From positions 1 to 32,000 of the forward strand of contig NW_008806283.1 of NCBI RefSeq assembly GCF_000400465.1: a DNA stretch of 32,000 bases, in the 5' to 3' direction. Position 1 is the stretch's first letter. Each line of letters starts with the position of its first letter. This document shows positions 1 to 12,230 of the stretch, in pieces. The notes beneath the pieces are model-generated. The model was given only the letters and a program-made list of their open reading frames with translations. It was not told the origin of the DNA and ran no database searches. The translations under genes and the position numbers were made by a program. The stretch comes from Wallemia ichthyophaga EXF-994. Its lineage: Eukaryota; Fungi; Basidiomycota.

Positions 1-1260
1 TGTCGGTGCGTTGTCCGCCGCAGTACCCATGTACATGTCAGAATGCGTCGTGGCTGCCTTTAGAGGTACGGCAGTCGCATGTTATCAGTTGGCCATAACA
101 TTTGGTATTTTGATGGCATATTGCTTCTGCATCGGCACGCGCACTCTGGATAGCAGTGCGTCGTGGAGAATCATTGTCGCTCTTGGTAATGTCTTCGCTC
201 TGATTCTCGGAATCGGGATTTGGTTCTTGCCGGGTGAGTGCCTGTGACGACATTGCACACCGCTGACACACATACAGAGTCGCCGCGCTGGCTCATGATG
301 AATAATAAGCATGAAGAAGCCAGACGTGCTCTCGAGAAGATCAGAGGTGTACGTACGGATGCTGACAGGAGCGTCGTCGAGCATGATTTCGAAGAGATTT
401 CCAGAAACATTGAAATCGAAAAAAACTCAGCTTCTTCGTTTTGGAAGTCGTGGGCAGAGTGCTTTGTTGGCCACAAAGGCACCCCAAAGCTAGTGTATCG
501 AACGATGCTTGGAATCATCATACAATCTTTGCAGCAGCTGACTGGTGTGAACTATTTCTTCTACTACGGAGCCACCATCTTCCAGTCGGTTGGTATTGAA
601 GACTCGTTCATCACCCAAATCATTCTGGGCGCCGTAAACTTCGTTTGTACATTCGGTGGTCTCTACGTTATGGAGAACTTCGGACGTCGTCAGCCACTCA
701 TTTGGGGTGGTTTGTGGCAGGGTGCATTCCTCATCATCTTCGCTTCTCTCGGTGTTGCCAAGCCTCCTGAAGACAACCCTAAGATTGGAAAGGGGATGAT
801 AGTGGCAGCCTGTCTTTTCATTGCATCTTTTGCCTGTACTTACGGCCCAGGCGCTTGGATCATTGTCGGAGAGACATTCCCAATGCGCACTAGAGCAAGA
901 CAGGCATCAATTGCGACAGCCTCGAACTGGACGTGGAACTTCCTTATTTCCTTCTTCTCACCATTCATTACTAGCGCCATAGGATATGGCTATGGATACG
1001 TCTTCGCGGGTTGCAACCTCTTTGCAGCTGGATTTGTTTTCTTTTTCTGCTATGAGTCAGCTGGCTTGTCTTTAGAGAACGTCGATGAAATGTACTCAGT
1101 TAAGGGACTGAGGGCATGGCAATCGGAGAAGTGGGTGCCGCCTAACAAGGAACGCAGAGGAGATGTTGCGGATTCGGCACCTAAGAAGGGTGATGACAAA
1201 TATCAGGAAGGAATGGGCTTATCTCCTCAACCCTCGACACATGAAGTTCCTAGGGCATAA
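1..1260 (+). CDS. MFS sugar porter (hexose-transporter-like), 5' end outside window; intron 234..277
   Basis: Splicing GTGAGT(234)..CATACAG(277) joins WFLP+ESPRW (PESPR motif). QQLTGVNYFFYYG, FGRR and GETFPMRTRA are sugar-porter signatures. Substrate cannot be assigned. Confidence 0.93.
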
Positions 1261-1947
1261 GGATACTACTTTAATACAAGACCAACTAGATACAGAATTA
1301 CTTAATACTTGCACAAAGCATCAACACGGGAAATGTTTAAATATAGAGCTAGATTTACATTTATACTTTTAATTTCGTAATAGAATAGCATTGAATTAAT
1401 TTACAAGATACAGTAATATGAAAAAATGGTTAGAAGGCATGGGTTAAGTAAAGAAGGCCGGATCAAACGTCGTTTAGCTCAATTTCGACTATGAAATATC
1501 CGATAATTCTCTCGAGGCCTGCTTCTAAGGCTTTATTTATGATAGCCCGCTGAATTTACTGTAAACCTGAGCGTAGACTAAGTTGTTCAATATCTCCACC
1601 GCCAAGTATCATTGAGATTGATCTATATCCCATTATATCTTCTTGGTAAGTGGTGTATTCATATGCATTGTCGCCTTGGTCGTTTGTTGGCAGATGCGAT
1701 GCGGTTGTTGGGAAGTTTATGTTGGCTCACTCGGGTGTTGTCCTTCACGCTTGATATTGAATAATTACGATTGCAATCATATTCATGGTATCAGTAGATG
1801 CGGAGGAATCTCTTCAAACCACCGCTGTAGCAGCGTCTTTTGTATATGTCTGCAATTGACCCACAGCATCTCCTCCGCGAGCCAATTTGAGAGGAGCAAT
1901 ATTGGTTTGATTGTTCGTAAATGCAAGGCACAGAGAAATATAAAGAT

Positions 1948-2751
1948 CTACAATTCGACTATATCCACATTAATTTCATAGTGATCGTCTAACCACTTGG
2001 CAGAGACACTGCTCAAATCTTTAACAATAAAGTCTGGGTGCGCATTTTTTATAGTCTCAATAGGGTATGATGTCAGTAGTGCTATGACAAGTGCACCGGC
2101 AGCTTTAGCCGCTTGAATACCCGAAGGAGCATCCTCTAGGACGAGACAGTCGCGTGGATTCTGATGAATAACTTTTGCGCCTTCCAAGAATGGTGCAGGG
2201 TCAGGCTTCCCGCGCAAGACATTTTCTGAAGTAATAAACGTTTCTGGCTGGCGGATGTTGGATATTTGGAGAGCGGCGTTCGCGTAGACTCTTGTAGCGG
2301 AAGTGACAATAGTCCAGTTGTGGTGGTTGGCATTGAGCTGCTCTAGAAGGGTGTTAACTCCTGGCAGAACAACTAACCCCTTCAGGCCCTGCTCCTGTCT
2401 GTGTTTTGCACATGCAAGGATAGTCTCTTCGAAGCGCTTAGCTTCAGACGCAATGGTGTCTGGATTCTGGAGCTTGCAAAAGCGAATCATCTGTCTGCGT
2501 GTGAGGATGGAAGGTGTGGGCGGGATTGACTGACGTTCTCGTGGGTGCGTACACCGTGCGAGTGCCTGAGTACGTAGTTTAAGTCAATGAAAGGATAATC
2601 TTGCGCAAATTGGGCCCAAGTAGCCTCGACGGCGGGTGTAGATTCAATCAAAGTGCCATCCATGTCGGCGAGGACGCCATTGACCCTTTAACAAAGCTGA
2701 GAATGGTTTTTAAAGTATAAAATGATAAATTTACTTGAAATTATTAATCAT
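1948..2751 (-). CDS. HAD-superfamily sugar/polyol-phosphate phosphatase, Gpp1/Dog1/YfbT-like; introns 2734..2686 and 2534..2491
   Basis: Spliced product MINNFKVNGVLADMDGTLIES...SHGVRTHEN-MIRF...: HAD motif I DxDGT, SHGxRT cap motif as in yeast Gpp1, GKPDPAPF and EDAPSGIQAAKAAG. Glycerol-3-phosphatase versus other substrate is not resolvable. Confidence 0.88.
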
Positions 2752-3030
2752 GACAATATTTCTGAAGTTTTGTTAGAAAATTCAAGGTGCAATTTGACAG
2801 GGAAATCAGAAAAAACTATCACAAGATAAATCAGCATAATTTGCTAAGCTGTCCCTATCTTAAATTTTACATCCTCGAATCCCAATTGCCAGTTCAAGTC
2901 GACTTACAGTTGGTGGTTTAAGTTAAGAGGCAAATAATCTAAAAACAAATATAAATAATTAAAATAAAAAATCACAAAACTCGCCAAGTGATTTACTATT
3001 ATTAGATTTCAAGCCTTGTCTCTTGCAGTC

Positions 3031-5387
3031 ATGGACCACGACACGCACGACAGCCACGAAACCAGCGTGGGGGAACAAGCACCACAAGAATCACAGCCAG
3101 AACAGCCGGAACAATTGGATATATTTTCTGCTGCTCAGCGTGGTGATACCGCTTGCATTCACAATCTCATTTCGAATCGCAAGGCCAACGTGAATGACAG
3201 GGATATTGAGAATATAACTCCGCTCCATTGGTCTTCAATAAATGCTCAATTAGATACTTGCACCTATTTACTTGAAAATGGCGCCCAAGTAGATTCATTC
3301 GGTGGTGAACTCGTGTCAACGCCTTTACAATGGGCGGCTAGGTTTGTTTATGGTTTAAACATAATAAACACAATCCTGACATTGCCTTAGAAACGGACAC
3401 TTATACGTACTCCATACTCTCATCAAACACGGCGCTGATCCCTCCATCGTTGACAGCCAGCGCTTCAACGCTCTACACTTGGTTGTACACTCAAGCGTTA
3501 TCATGGCCGTCTTCTATATCCTTCAACAGAACGTTGAGATCGATGCTCCTGATATTCAAGGTCACACTCCACTCATGTGGGCTGCATACCAAGGCGATGC
3601 TCTCTCTGTAGACGCTCTCATCAGACACGGTGCCAATGTCAACAAATCTGATCATGCTGGTCTTACTCCTTTACATTGGGCTACTGTTAGAGGTCCGTTG
3701 TTCTTTTCTCTAATCAAACCTTCTTATTTACATGTCTCCAGGCAACAGAGTCTGCTTGAGACATATCATCGAAGCAGGCGGTGATTTATCCGCAAGATCA
3801 AACGACGGTAAAACTCCTCTTGCTATGGCACACGAATTGAAATCTATCGGTGCTTATAGACGCGCTTTAGCTGATGGCGGCAGAAATGAAGACGGTCGCG
3901 TGCGCGATAAACCCTTATCAGATGTTAGTTGGTTATTTATTCCTAGCCACCCCTCACACCCCACACACAGCGTAACACAAACATTGTCATCTTCTTTATA
4001 CCAGTTTTCTTCATGGGTCTCATCTTCTGGACCCTCTCCTCTTTACCCTCTTACATGGCCATTCCAATTGCTATCGGTGAGTCGTATGCGCAATTTCACA
4101 TTGTCGCAAAAGTCCTACTTGACAATCGGGGTCAAAACAACGAGCTTGTCAAGACTCCTTTCCTTGCTTCTATAGTTCTTTCCTCCATGCTTTGGCTCAC
4201 CTACTGCTGGGTTACTAGACTAGTATGGAACACTATGGAACATCCTTTGGCAAACGTACTCTTCATCATCAGCTTGACTGTATGTGTATGGAACTTCCTC
4301 AGAGCCATTCACCTAGATCCTGGCACTGTGCCCAGGCCATCCAGTCAGTCTGAAATTAAGCAGCACATCGAGGAGCTCGTTTCGGAGGGAAGGATGAATG
4401 GTCAAAATTTCTGCATCTATACTTTGGTGGGTGAGATGAGATGTTTAAAGTACTCCCTCTGATACCCAAATAAGTGCAAGAAGCCACTCCGTAGTAAATA
4501 TGACAGAGTCACGAACAAGCTCGTCGCTAGATTCGATCATTACTGCCCATGGGTGTGGAACGCCATCGGAAGTAACAACCATAGGCAATTTATCTGCTTT
4601 CTTGTGAGCATGATTGTTGGTATAATCACATTTGACAAGCTGTCATTTGAAAGTACGTTTGACACTGCTAAAGAAAGCCTCATCTAACACCTATTTAGTG
4701 TTCAAACAAATATCACCCACATACACCTTTGACGATATAGACGCCGACATGCAGTTCTGCTTGATGCCGCAGAACCTGTGCATTGCATCGCATCAAGACG
4801 GCTTCCTGTTCTCAATGTCCGCATGGCTCACCTTGCAACTCTCATGGACGATAGTTTTGCTATGCACACAACTGTGGCAAATAGCCAGGCAGCTGACGAC
4901 GATGGAAGTGACGAATCTGGGTCGCTTCGGCTTTATGGGAGGTAAAGGGACTAGCGCAGCGGAACAGCAGGGTATGGTAAACAAGCATCGCCAGCTACTC
5001 GCCAATAACCCCAACGTCAATCCACCCAAGGTACAAAAACCAAACTTACTACTACAAATTTTAGGTCTGGATAGATTTACCAAGGGCAAAGCGGGAGAAG
5101 GTTTGGCTAAATCATCCAAGACGAATAACCCATTCAATATCGGCATTGTTGGCAATTGCTTGGACTTCTGGACTAATGGCAAGCAGCTTGGTGTTGACTG
5201 GACGCAGGTCTACGAGATACCGGACGAAGGATTCAAAGAGAGGCGTAGGAAAGACAAAGGAAAGGCACGCGAGAAAGATGGCGAGAATGTGCTGCCCTCG
5301 CTTGGAATGCGTCGGATGATGTCATTCGGTAGATTTAGGAATAACAACGCATATCAACCCGTTCACGATACTTCTGAGCAGGTGTAA
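3031..5387 (+). CDS. AKR1: Ankyrin-repeat palmitoyltransferase Akr1; introns 3342..3390, 3693..3741, 3924..3970, 4427..4474, 4653..4698
   Basis: Ankyrin repeats ([32 protein letters not shown]), hydrophobic helices, RFDHYCPW at 4529-4552, and the Akr1-type C-terminal [15 protein letters not shown]. All five introns are GT-AG and keep frame. Confidence 0.93.
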
Positions 5388-5503
5388 TATGTGTGAAAGT
5401 GTAATTTGTATACCAACTATGCATATAGCTGTATGATTAGCCATAGCCATGAAACAGGCACAGGCGCGGCATTTGGGTAGAATTTTCGGATCATCTTGGC
5501 AAG

Positions 5504-5677
5504 CACGTTGCTCGAGCCAAATGAAATTTTGACGTAATTTGAGGCGAGAAAAGGAAGGTGATTGTTGACAGGAGCTTTAGATATCGCACAATTTCACCTG
5601 CAGCAGCTCACACCGACAGAAATTTGATAAGCCGAGATTTGTTCCTGAAAACGTGCACCCAGAATTTTGACAACGTG
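5504..5677. promoter_or_regulatory. Three Pho4-type bHLH boxes (CACGTT 5504-5509; AACGTG 5650-5655 and 5672-5677) plus a CRE-like TGACGTAA (5530-5537) upstream of the phosphate transporter
   Basis: The motifs are read directly. CACGTK is the yeast Pho4 consensus and the downstream gene is a PHO-regulon-type transporter. Function is inferred. Confidence 0.5.
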
Positions 5678-5748
5678 GCTAGAAACTGATTAAATAATTC
5701 TCAGACTTCTTCTCCCAAACAACGACAAGAGCTTTAAAATCGTTTTAA

Positions 5749-7628
5749 ATGTCACGTCTTGCCTCGCTCGACTACATATTCGCCATCACGCTTATGTGAG
5801 TCGATAAACGTTACACCCGGCTAACCCACTAACAAACGCAGAACCTCATTCCTTGATGCATACGGAATGGGCGCTAATGATGTCGCAAATTCATTCGCCA
5901 CTTCGGTCAGTTCACGCTCCCTCAGTTTCAGGCAGGCGATTCTCGCAGCCGCGGTTTGCGAATTCCTGGGTGCAATTCTCGTCGGTTCACGTGTAGCGTC
6001 TACAATCAAAGACGATATCATTCCCCTCTCCAATTTCCCAACTGTCGGTTTCCAGATGCTTGGATTCGGCTGTGTGTCCGCTGGAAGTGCGACATTCCAG
6101 CTATTCGCAACGAGTATGGGCATGCCGGTATCTGCAACTCACACAGTAATAGGTGCGTGTGCTATAGACGTTCAAAAGCCCCACTCACACTCTACTAGGC
6201 GCTGTCGTCGGTGTCGGTATCGCTTCCGGTGGCGCTCAGTCAGTCCGTTGGGAATGGAGTGGCGTTGGTCAGGTCTTCGCCGCATGGGGTATCGCCCCTG
6301 CCCTTAGTGGCTGTATTGCTGCTATTATCTTCCTCATCACCAAGTTTGGTGTGTTGAAGAGAAAAAATTCTACCACTGTTGCTTTCTACGCAGCTCCTTT
6401 CTATTTCTTCGCTGTTGCGGCCATCCTCACCATGTCAATCCTGTGGAAAGGCGCAAGCACTGTCAAGGAGGGTGAATTGACGACCGGTGTGCTTGTAGGC
6501 AGCATCCTCGGCGCAGGTGGCGGTGTTTCTCTCCTTTCCATTCTGTTTTTCCTCCCATACGTGCACTGCCAAGTCGTGAAGAAGGACTACACCATCAAGA
6601 TCTGGCATATCTTCCTCGGTCCGGCTTTATGGTTCAGACAACCGCCAGCCGACGCGACCGAGAACACCCTTGCCGTACCTGACTACTACAAGGGCCATCA
6701 CGACGAAGACTGGGCTCACCTTGATAAAGGAAATAGACGCGGTGAAGATGTTGAGGCTGCCGATGGCGCGGAGGAAAGTATGTCACACAAGTCTGATCCC
6801 ATCAGGAGAAATAGCGGTGAATCGAACAGGCATCCCTCACAACTTGCAGAAGAAGTTGAAAAGGAATGCAGATCAACAGACTTCACGGGCAGACCACCAA
6901 AACCTTACTACCATCCAATCGAAGGTGCGTGGATCGAGCCATGGAATATCTGGATCATGTTGCGTTACAATCTTCTCCCTGCTGCCAATTACTACCTCTT
7001 TGGTGGTCTCAGGACTAACATCCACGAAATGCAAAAATCTGGCTCAGAGAAGACGCAAAAAAAGATCAGAGACATGCACGCAAATGCAACGCAATACGAC
7101 AACAACACAGAACATATGTTCTCATTTATGCAAGTCATGTCTGCATGTGTCGCTAGTTTCTCACACGGTAGCAACGACGTCTCCAACTCAATCGCACCAC
7201 TAGCAGCTGTCTACCAATGCTGGAAAACTAGTCAGTACAGCGGTTCAGAAGCTGAGGTGCCGGTGTGGGTAATAGCTTATGGTGGTATAGGTATTGTCAT
7301 CGGACTGGCCACATATGGATGGAAATTGATGAGCGTCCTCGGTAACCGACTCACATTGCATTCACCATCCAGGGGCTTTTCCATGGAGTTGGGTGCATCT
7401 ATCACTGTCATTCTCGCCTCACAATTCGGTATTCCCGTCTCTTCTACACAAAGTATCACGGGTGCCACTATCGGTGTCAGCTGCTGCTCAGGTAGTTGGA
7501 GAACAACTAATTGGAAAGCACTTGCTTTCTTCTTCTATGGTTGGTGTATCACCCTCCCCCTCGCTGGTATCGTGTCTGGATGCTTGTTCGGGATCATTGC
7601 AAACGCTCCTAGCTTTAATGATGTTTAA
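5749..7628 (+). CDS. PHO89: PiT/PHO4-family (Na+)-phosphate symporter, Pho89-like; introns 5796..5841, 6153..6198
   Basis: Both PiT signature motifs are present: GANDVAN (N-terminal) and HGSNDVSN (C-terminal), plus PVSATH and PVSSTQ, with a large central hydrophilic loop. Confidence 0.93.
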
Positions 7629-7845
7629 GACATGCTATATCTTTTTCTTTGCCTCACTTACTCACTTGCTACTTTTCAGCTTTCATGGATTTTTGTACAT
7701 TTTTGTAAAATTATTACCTCCTTTAATAGAAGACATACATTCGTTCAATAGATTATGCGTACATAATACAATTGCTCGCGCAATAAAGCTTGCAAAGAAA
7801 CAACTGCTTATATACAGACAAAAGTATTAATCGGCAAATTACAAC

Positions 7846-7864
7846 AAAAAAAGAAAAAAAAAAA
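7846..7864. repeat. A7-G-A11 homopolymer tract in the convergent PHO89/SSK2 spacer
   Basis: Read directly; the longest homopolymer I saw in the window. Confidence 0.8.
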
Positions 7865-7903
7865 CTAATAACAACAAGTAGTAAAAGTTGCCATCACTAC
7901 TAC

Positions 7904-10900
7904 TCACTCGAATGAGGGAGTGCCGAGGGCGTGTGAACCGTCAATTGAATTTCCTACAGATGCCATTGCATCAGAATTATTGCCCTTGTCATTATCCCCC
8001 TTGTGCGAAGAGCGGTGTACAATCTCATCCTCATACTCCAACTCAATTTCCTCTCTGAACTTCTCAATCCAAGGGTGATCGAGTAGTTCATCCACAGTAG
8101 GACGCTTCTTCGGATCAATGATGAGGCACTGCTTGATGAAGTCTATACCAAGTTCGCTAAGTTCATTCGTAGAAGGCAGTTGAGGTGGTTGGCCAGAGAC
8201 ACCGATATGGAACTAATTCGGTAGTTAGCAGGGTGTACATCCAGACATGAAATATCTCCACTCACCATAATAGCCCACTCGTTATCGAGACCATGCCATG
8301 GCTTACGTCCAGTACATAATTCGAGCAACACACACCCGAATGACCACACATCCATCGCACCAAACACTCCCGCCTTATCACCTTCACCTTTGATGACTTC
8401 TGGAGACATGTACATAGGAGTACCGGCAAGTGATCCGCCTGGACCCTCCTTGTTGCCGCCATTCATACGAGTTTTTGCGATCGTCTTGTTCCTCTGCAAT
8501 ACCTTAGCTGCACCGAAGTCAACCATTTTGAGAATACCTATGTCGTTGAGCAGTATGTCTGTGTAAATGTGTTAGATGATTTCCGACAGTAATATTACAA
8601 CCCACTATCAGGCTTGATATCACGATGGACGACACTGTTTGAGTGGAGGTATTGCAGTCCTTCAAGTATCTGGTACGCGTATACTCGCACAACACTCTCA
8701 TCTTCCACTCTGCCATGCTCAAGCAATCCAGCTAACGATCCGCCCTGGCAGAATTCTTCGAATATGTATACCTTCTCTTTATGCACTTCTATACCATAAT
8801 ACTCTACTATGTTAGGATGTGAGAGCATCTCCATCACTTTCATCTCGTCGTGGATCTGCTTATAGAGGACACCAGGATCATTGACGTCGATGAAGCGTAT
8901 CTCTTTGACAGCCATGATACCGCCATTGTCGAGGTTAACGGCTAAGTAGACACTGCCGAATGTACCAGCGCCGATGAGCTTACCTTGCTGCCAGCGGATA
9001 GAGATATTTGAGGCGGCGTTGGCGAGCAAGACGAGCGATCTATCACCGAGCTTCTCAGTGTCGAGTACGCGACCGACTAGACGCTGATCTTTTTCAAGAA
9101 TGCGTCTCTTATTCTCAATCGCATAGATACCGCGCATGGACTCCTCCATGAAGTACCTCACTGAATTTGTAGTTCCGTCGAAAGATTTATACCAGCCTGC
9201 GTCGCTGAGGAACTGACCATAACGACCGTTTTTCTCATCGAAATTGAGCGAAGAGAGCATGCGCATCCGCCTAGCTTCGTCTTTGGCCTCTCTCTCCTTC
9301 TTAGCCTCGTAGGAAGAACGTGCGCCCATAATATCGAAATGGGAAACAAGAAGCGTCATGCACATTGCCACTTTCTCGCGGAGGTTTTCAAAATCAACCG
9401 ACTTCAGTTCGAGTATGTTGCCATTTTGCGAAATAGACATCGACGTCTCGAGTGCATTAACCGCCCACCTGAATGTCTTGCGGTCAGTCGGTATACAATC
9501 CTCGCAAATGAATGCGAGCCAGTCAATAGCGAGTTTCATAAGAACCTTGTTGAAATTCTCAGATGCGGGTGATTCCATGTACTTGAGGGCATGTTGGCCG
9601 TGCTCGGCTGCGAATGAGTACCAATTCGACAGCGTCTCTTGTCTGTTGGGAATACCGTAGAGCTTCTTGCGTAGAAGTATCGGTGACGTGCCTATAGCCA
9701 GAGTGAGCCTGTACGCTGCAAGTGATATCTTGCGCAGCTCCCTGTCTACCTTTGGCAAGCCAACTTGCTCCTGCGCCATCACCTTGAATGGGAAGGATGG
9801 AGGAGGCTGAGTGATGATGTCGTTGTTGACATCCTCCTCACTTCCGCCCATCCAAATAGATACAAATTTCTCCTTGGCTCTACGCAGATGGTTCGTTGGC
9901 CCGTCGGCTATTAGTCTGATACGACTATCGCGGAGCTCAACATCTACAATACCCAAATCTATCTCCATGATTGGTCCATTCCAGAAGAAAGGGCTGCGCG
10001 GTGATATTATTAGCAAGTAGCGCGCCTCGGGTTCGTTGAATATATCCGCCTGTGCTTGTTTGTCCTGGTAGAGGAAGGCGCGCGTAAGAAGATTGAAGAT
10101 CAGGTCAGATCGATCGGCAAGCTGGCTGTCGGCGATAACGTAGATACTCTTGCTGGCTAGGTATTCAGAGTAGACGAGAAAGTGGTTCGTAGATACGAGC
10201 GTCTCGACAAAGACATTTAGGTCAAAATCTTCGAGATTGTATTCTGCTGAGTTGTCAAAACGCAGTGCTAGTCGTCTGGTAAGGGTGTGTTAGTAAGGGC
10301 ATACCGCAGGTACCTCACTCACTTGCTAAATCTGTGCAGCTTTCTATATCTCAATCTAACATTTTCCAGTATTGTGCTGTACCAGAATAGAGTCTCATTG
10401 TGCTCCATCGTAGTGACATCGATAGACTTGAGCTGGGTCTCAAAGTAATTTGCAATACGCTTCATCAGACGGTTGGTGAGAGAGCAGAATTTTTCAGCAA
10501 CCACAATGTCTGCGCCTTCGATGTTTTCCACAATATCTAACAGGAAATTCCACTGGTCTTCAAGAATATCCGTTTCTTTGAAGTAGAGCGCCTTGCTTCC
10601 ACTCTTGAGTTTAGTGAGTATGAGTTTGAAGAATTGCTGGACAGTCTTGAGTAGGACCGAGTCGTATTGGGAAAATTCTTCACTAGGTAACTCCCACCTA
10701 ACCATGCCATTGGATTCATCGACAATGCGTGTGTTATACTCGTTGTATTTGCGTTTGATGTAAACCGCCTGTGAAAGAGCAGATCTAAAATCATCAAGGA
10801 GTTGGTCAATGACTAACCCCGTCGGATCACTGACTTTAGCAGAGTACTCGAGGCGCACTTTGAGAGCTTCCTGCATGAGCTTGGAGGGGAAGCGAGTGAG

Positions 10901-12124
10901 AATAACCAGCTCGTTATCAAAGGCAGGCAAATTGAATCCTTCAAAGATGTGTCGCCAGTTAATATGCAGCTCTTTTGCCCTATCAAGGACAATAGTGAGG
11001 GAGATGATGGTGCGTCTTTCGAATAGCGTGTCGAAAGACTCCTCCTTTAGGAGCTTCTCGATAAAAGTCATAGGCTCGGTTTGTCTGCGCCTTTTTTCTA
11101 CGTTCTGCTTAAATGAGTCTTCGGTACGTATGGATCTTTCGACACTCTCTTGAGAGGTGTTGGAAATCAAGGGAGGCATTGAGAGAGGAGTATCACCTTC
11201 AGTTGTGTGGGTGACGTCGAGGTTCATTGAGCCAGTCCAATCGCGCAGGGTTTGTATAGTAGCACGGAGCGTCTTGACGACAGTCACGTAAGAGCAGAGG
11301 GCGTTTAGTTTGTCTTTAAAGTCTTTTGAAGCATAAGAGGGTTTTGCCTCTTCTAAGGTTTTAGTGTTGGGGTAGAGAGATTCAACGAAATCGATCTGAT
11401 TGAGGAGATTTTCGATTTGAGTGATTGCAGATTTTGTTGTAGGGGTGAGAAGGCTGTGTGGGATGATAGAAGGGGTAATGTAAGATTCGCTATTGTTTTT
11501 CTGTTTTTCTTCTTTCGATTGATCGTCATCGATTGCAGCAGCTTTGAATGAGACAACCTGATACAGAATGTCGTCAACAGCCTCACGACATTCCTCCAAA
11601 TTTGTGAGCTCATCGTCGACGGATTTGCCTTTGAGTTTAGCGCGTATACCAAGCCAAAGCTGGTACTGGTAGTTGGCTTTATTCTCATTCTCGTTTTTTG
11701 TGAGGTTACCAATCATGCGTGACTTCTCCGACTTAAGAACCTCGCCTTGGATAACGGAAGCCAGCATAGACTGCCACTCTAATCGTTCCTCAGTATCAGC
11801 CTTTAGCTGGTCGAGTGATTCCACCTCTTCGTTACTCTGTGGTTGCGAGTAATTCAAGTCATCGTCATTAAGATCCTGGTAATCAAGCTGATCGAGACCT
11901 TTCTTTATGTAATCCCGATCTGGGTCATCGTCGTATTTCTGCTTATTTTTGTGTTTGATTACCCGTCTTGCGTGCTCACCCACTTTGTTGTGGGATGTGC
12001 GACGGGCGCGACCTTCATTAACATCGTCAGAGGGTTGTAGCCTGGTATTTTGTTGGTAGTCTTGAGGCTGCACTGGGTCTCGCAGGTTCTGATTGAGCTG
12101 CCCGGGCCGAGAAGATGATAGCAT
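7904..12124 (-). CDS. SSK2: Ssk2/Wis4-type MAP kinase kinase kinase (HOG/stress pathway); introns 10322..10276, 8605..8559, 8265..8213; start codon tentative
   Basis: Long N-terminal region, then C-terminal kinase IRWQQGKLIGAGTFGSVY, MAVKEIR, HRDIKPDN, DFGAAK, GTPMYMSPE, WAIMFHIG. LEWQSMLASV and CMTLLVSHFDIMGARS are typical of the Ssk2/MEKK4 clade. Confidence 0.9.
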
Positions 12125-12230
12125 GTGAACAAGAAGCAAAAAGAATGATAATTACGATTTAAATAAATCTAATAATTATTTTAATATTTAAAATACTTCT
12201 CATTCCTCCTCCACCATCTAGCATCACGTC

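Noticed and set aside
1643-1981. 112-aa Cys-rich ORF on the plus strand
   Set aside because: It starts at TTG, has no motif or regular Cys spacing, and overlaps the HAD gene's 3' end.
2988-3028. Possible 5' UTR intron ending TCTTGCAG two bases before the AKR1 ATG
   Set aside because: Weak donor, no clear branch point, and 41 nt is below every other intron here.
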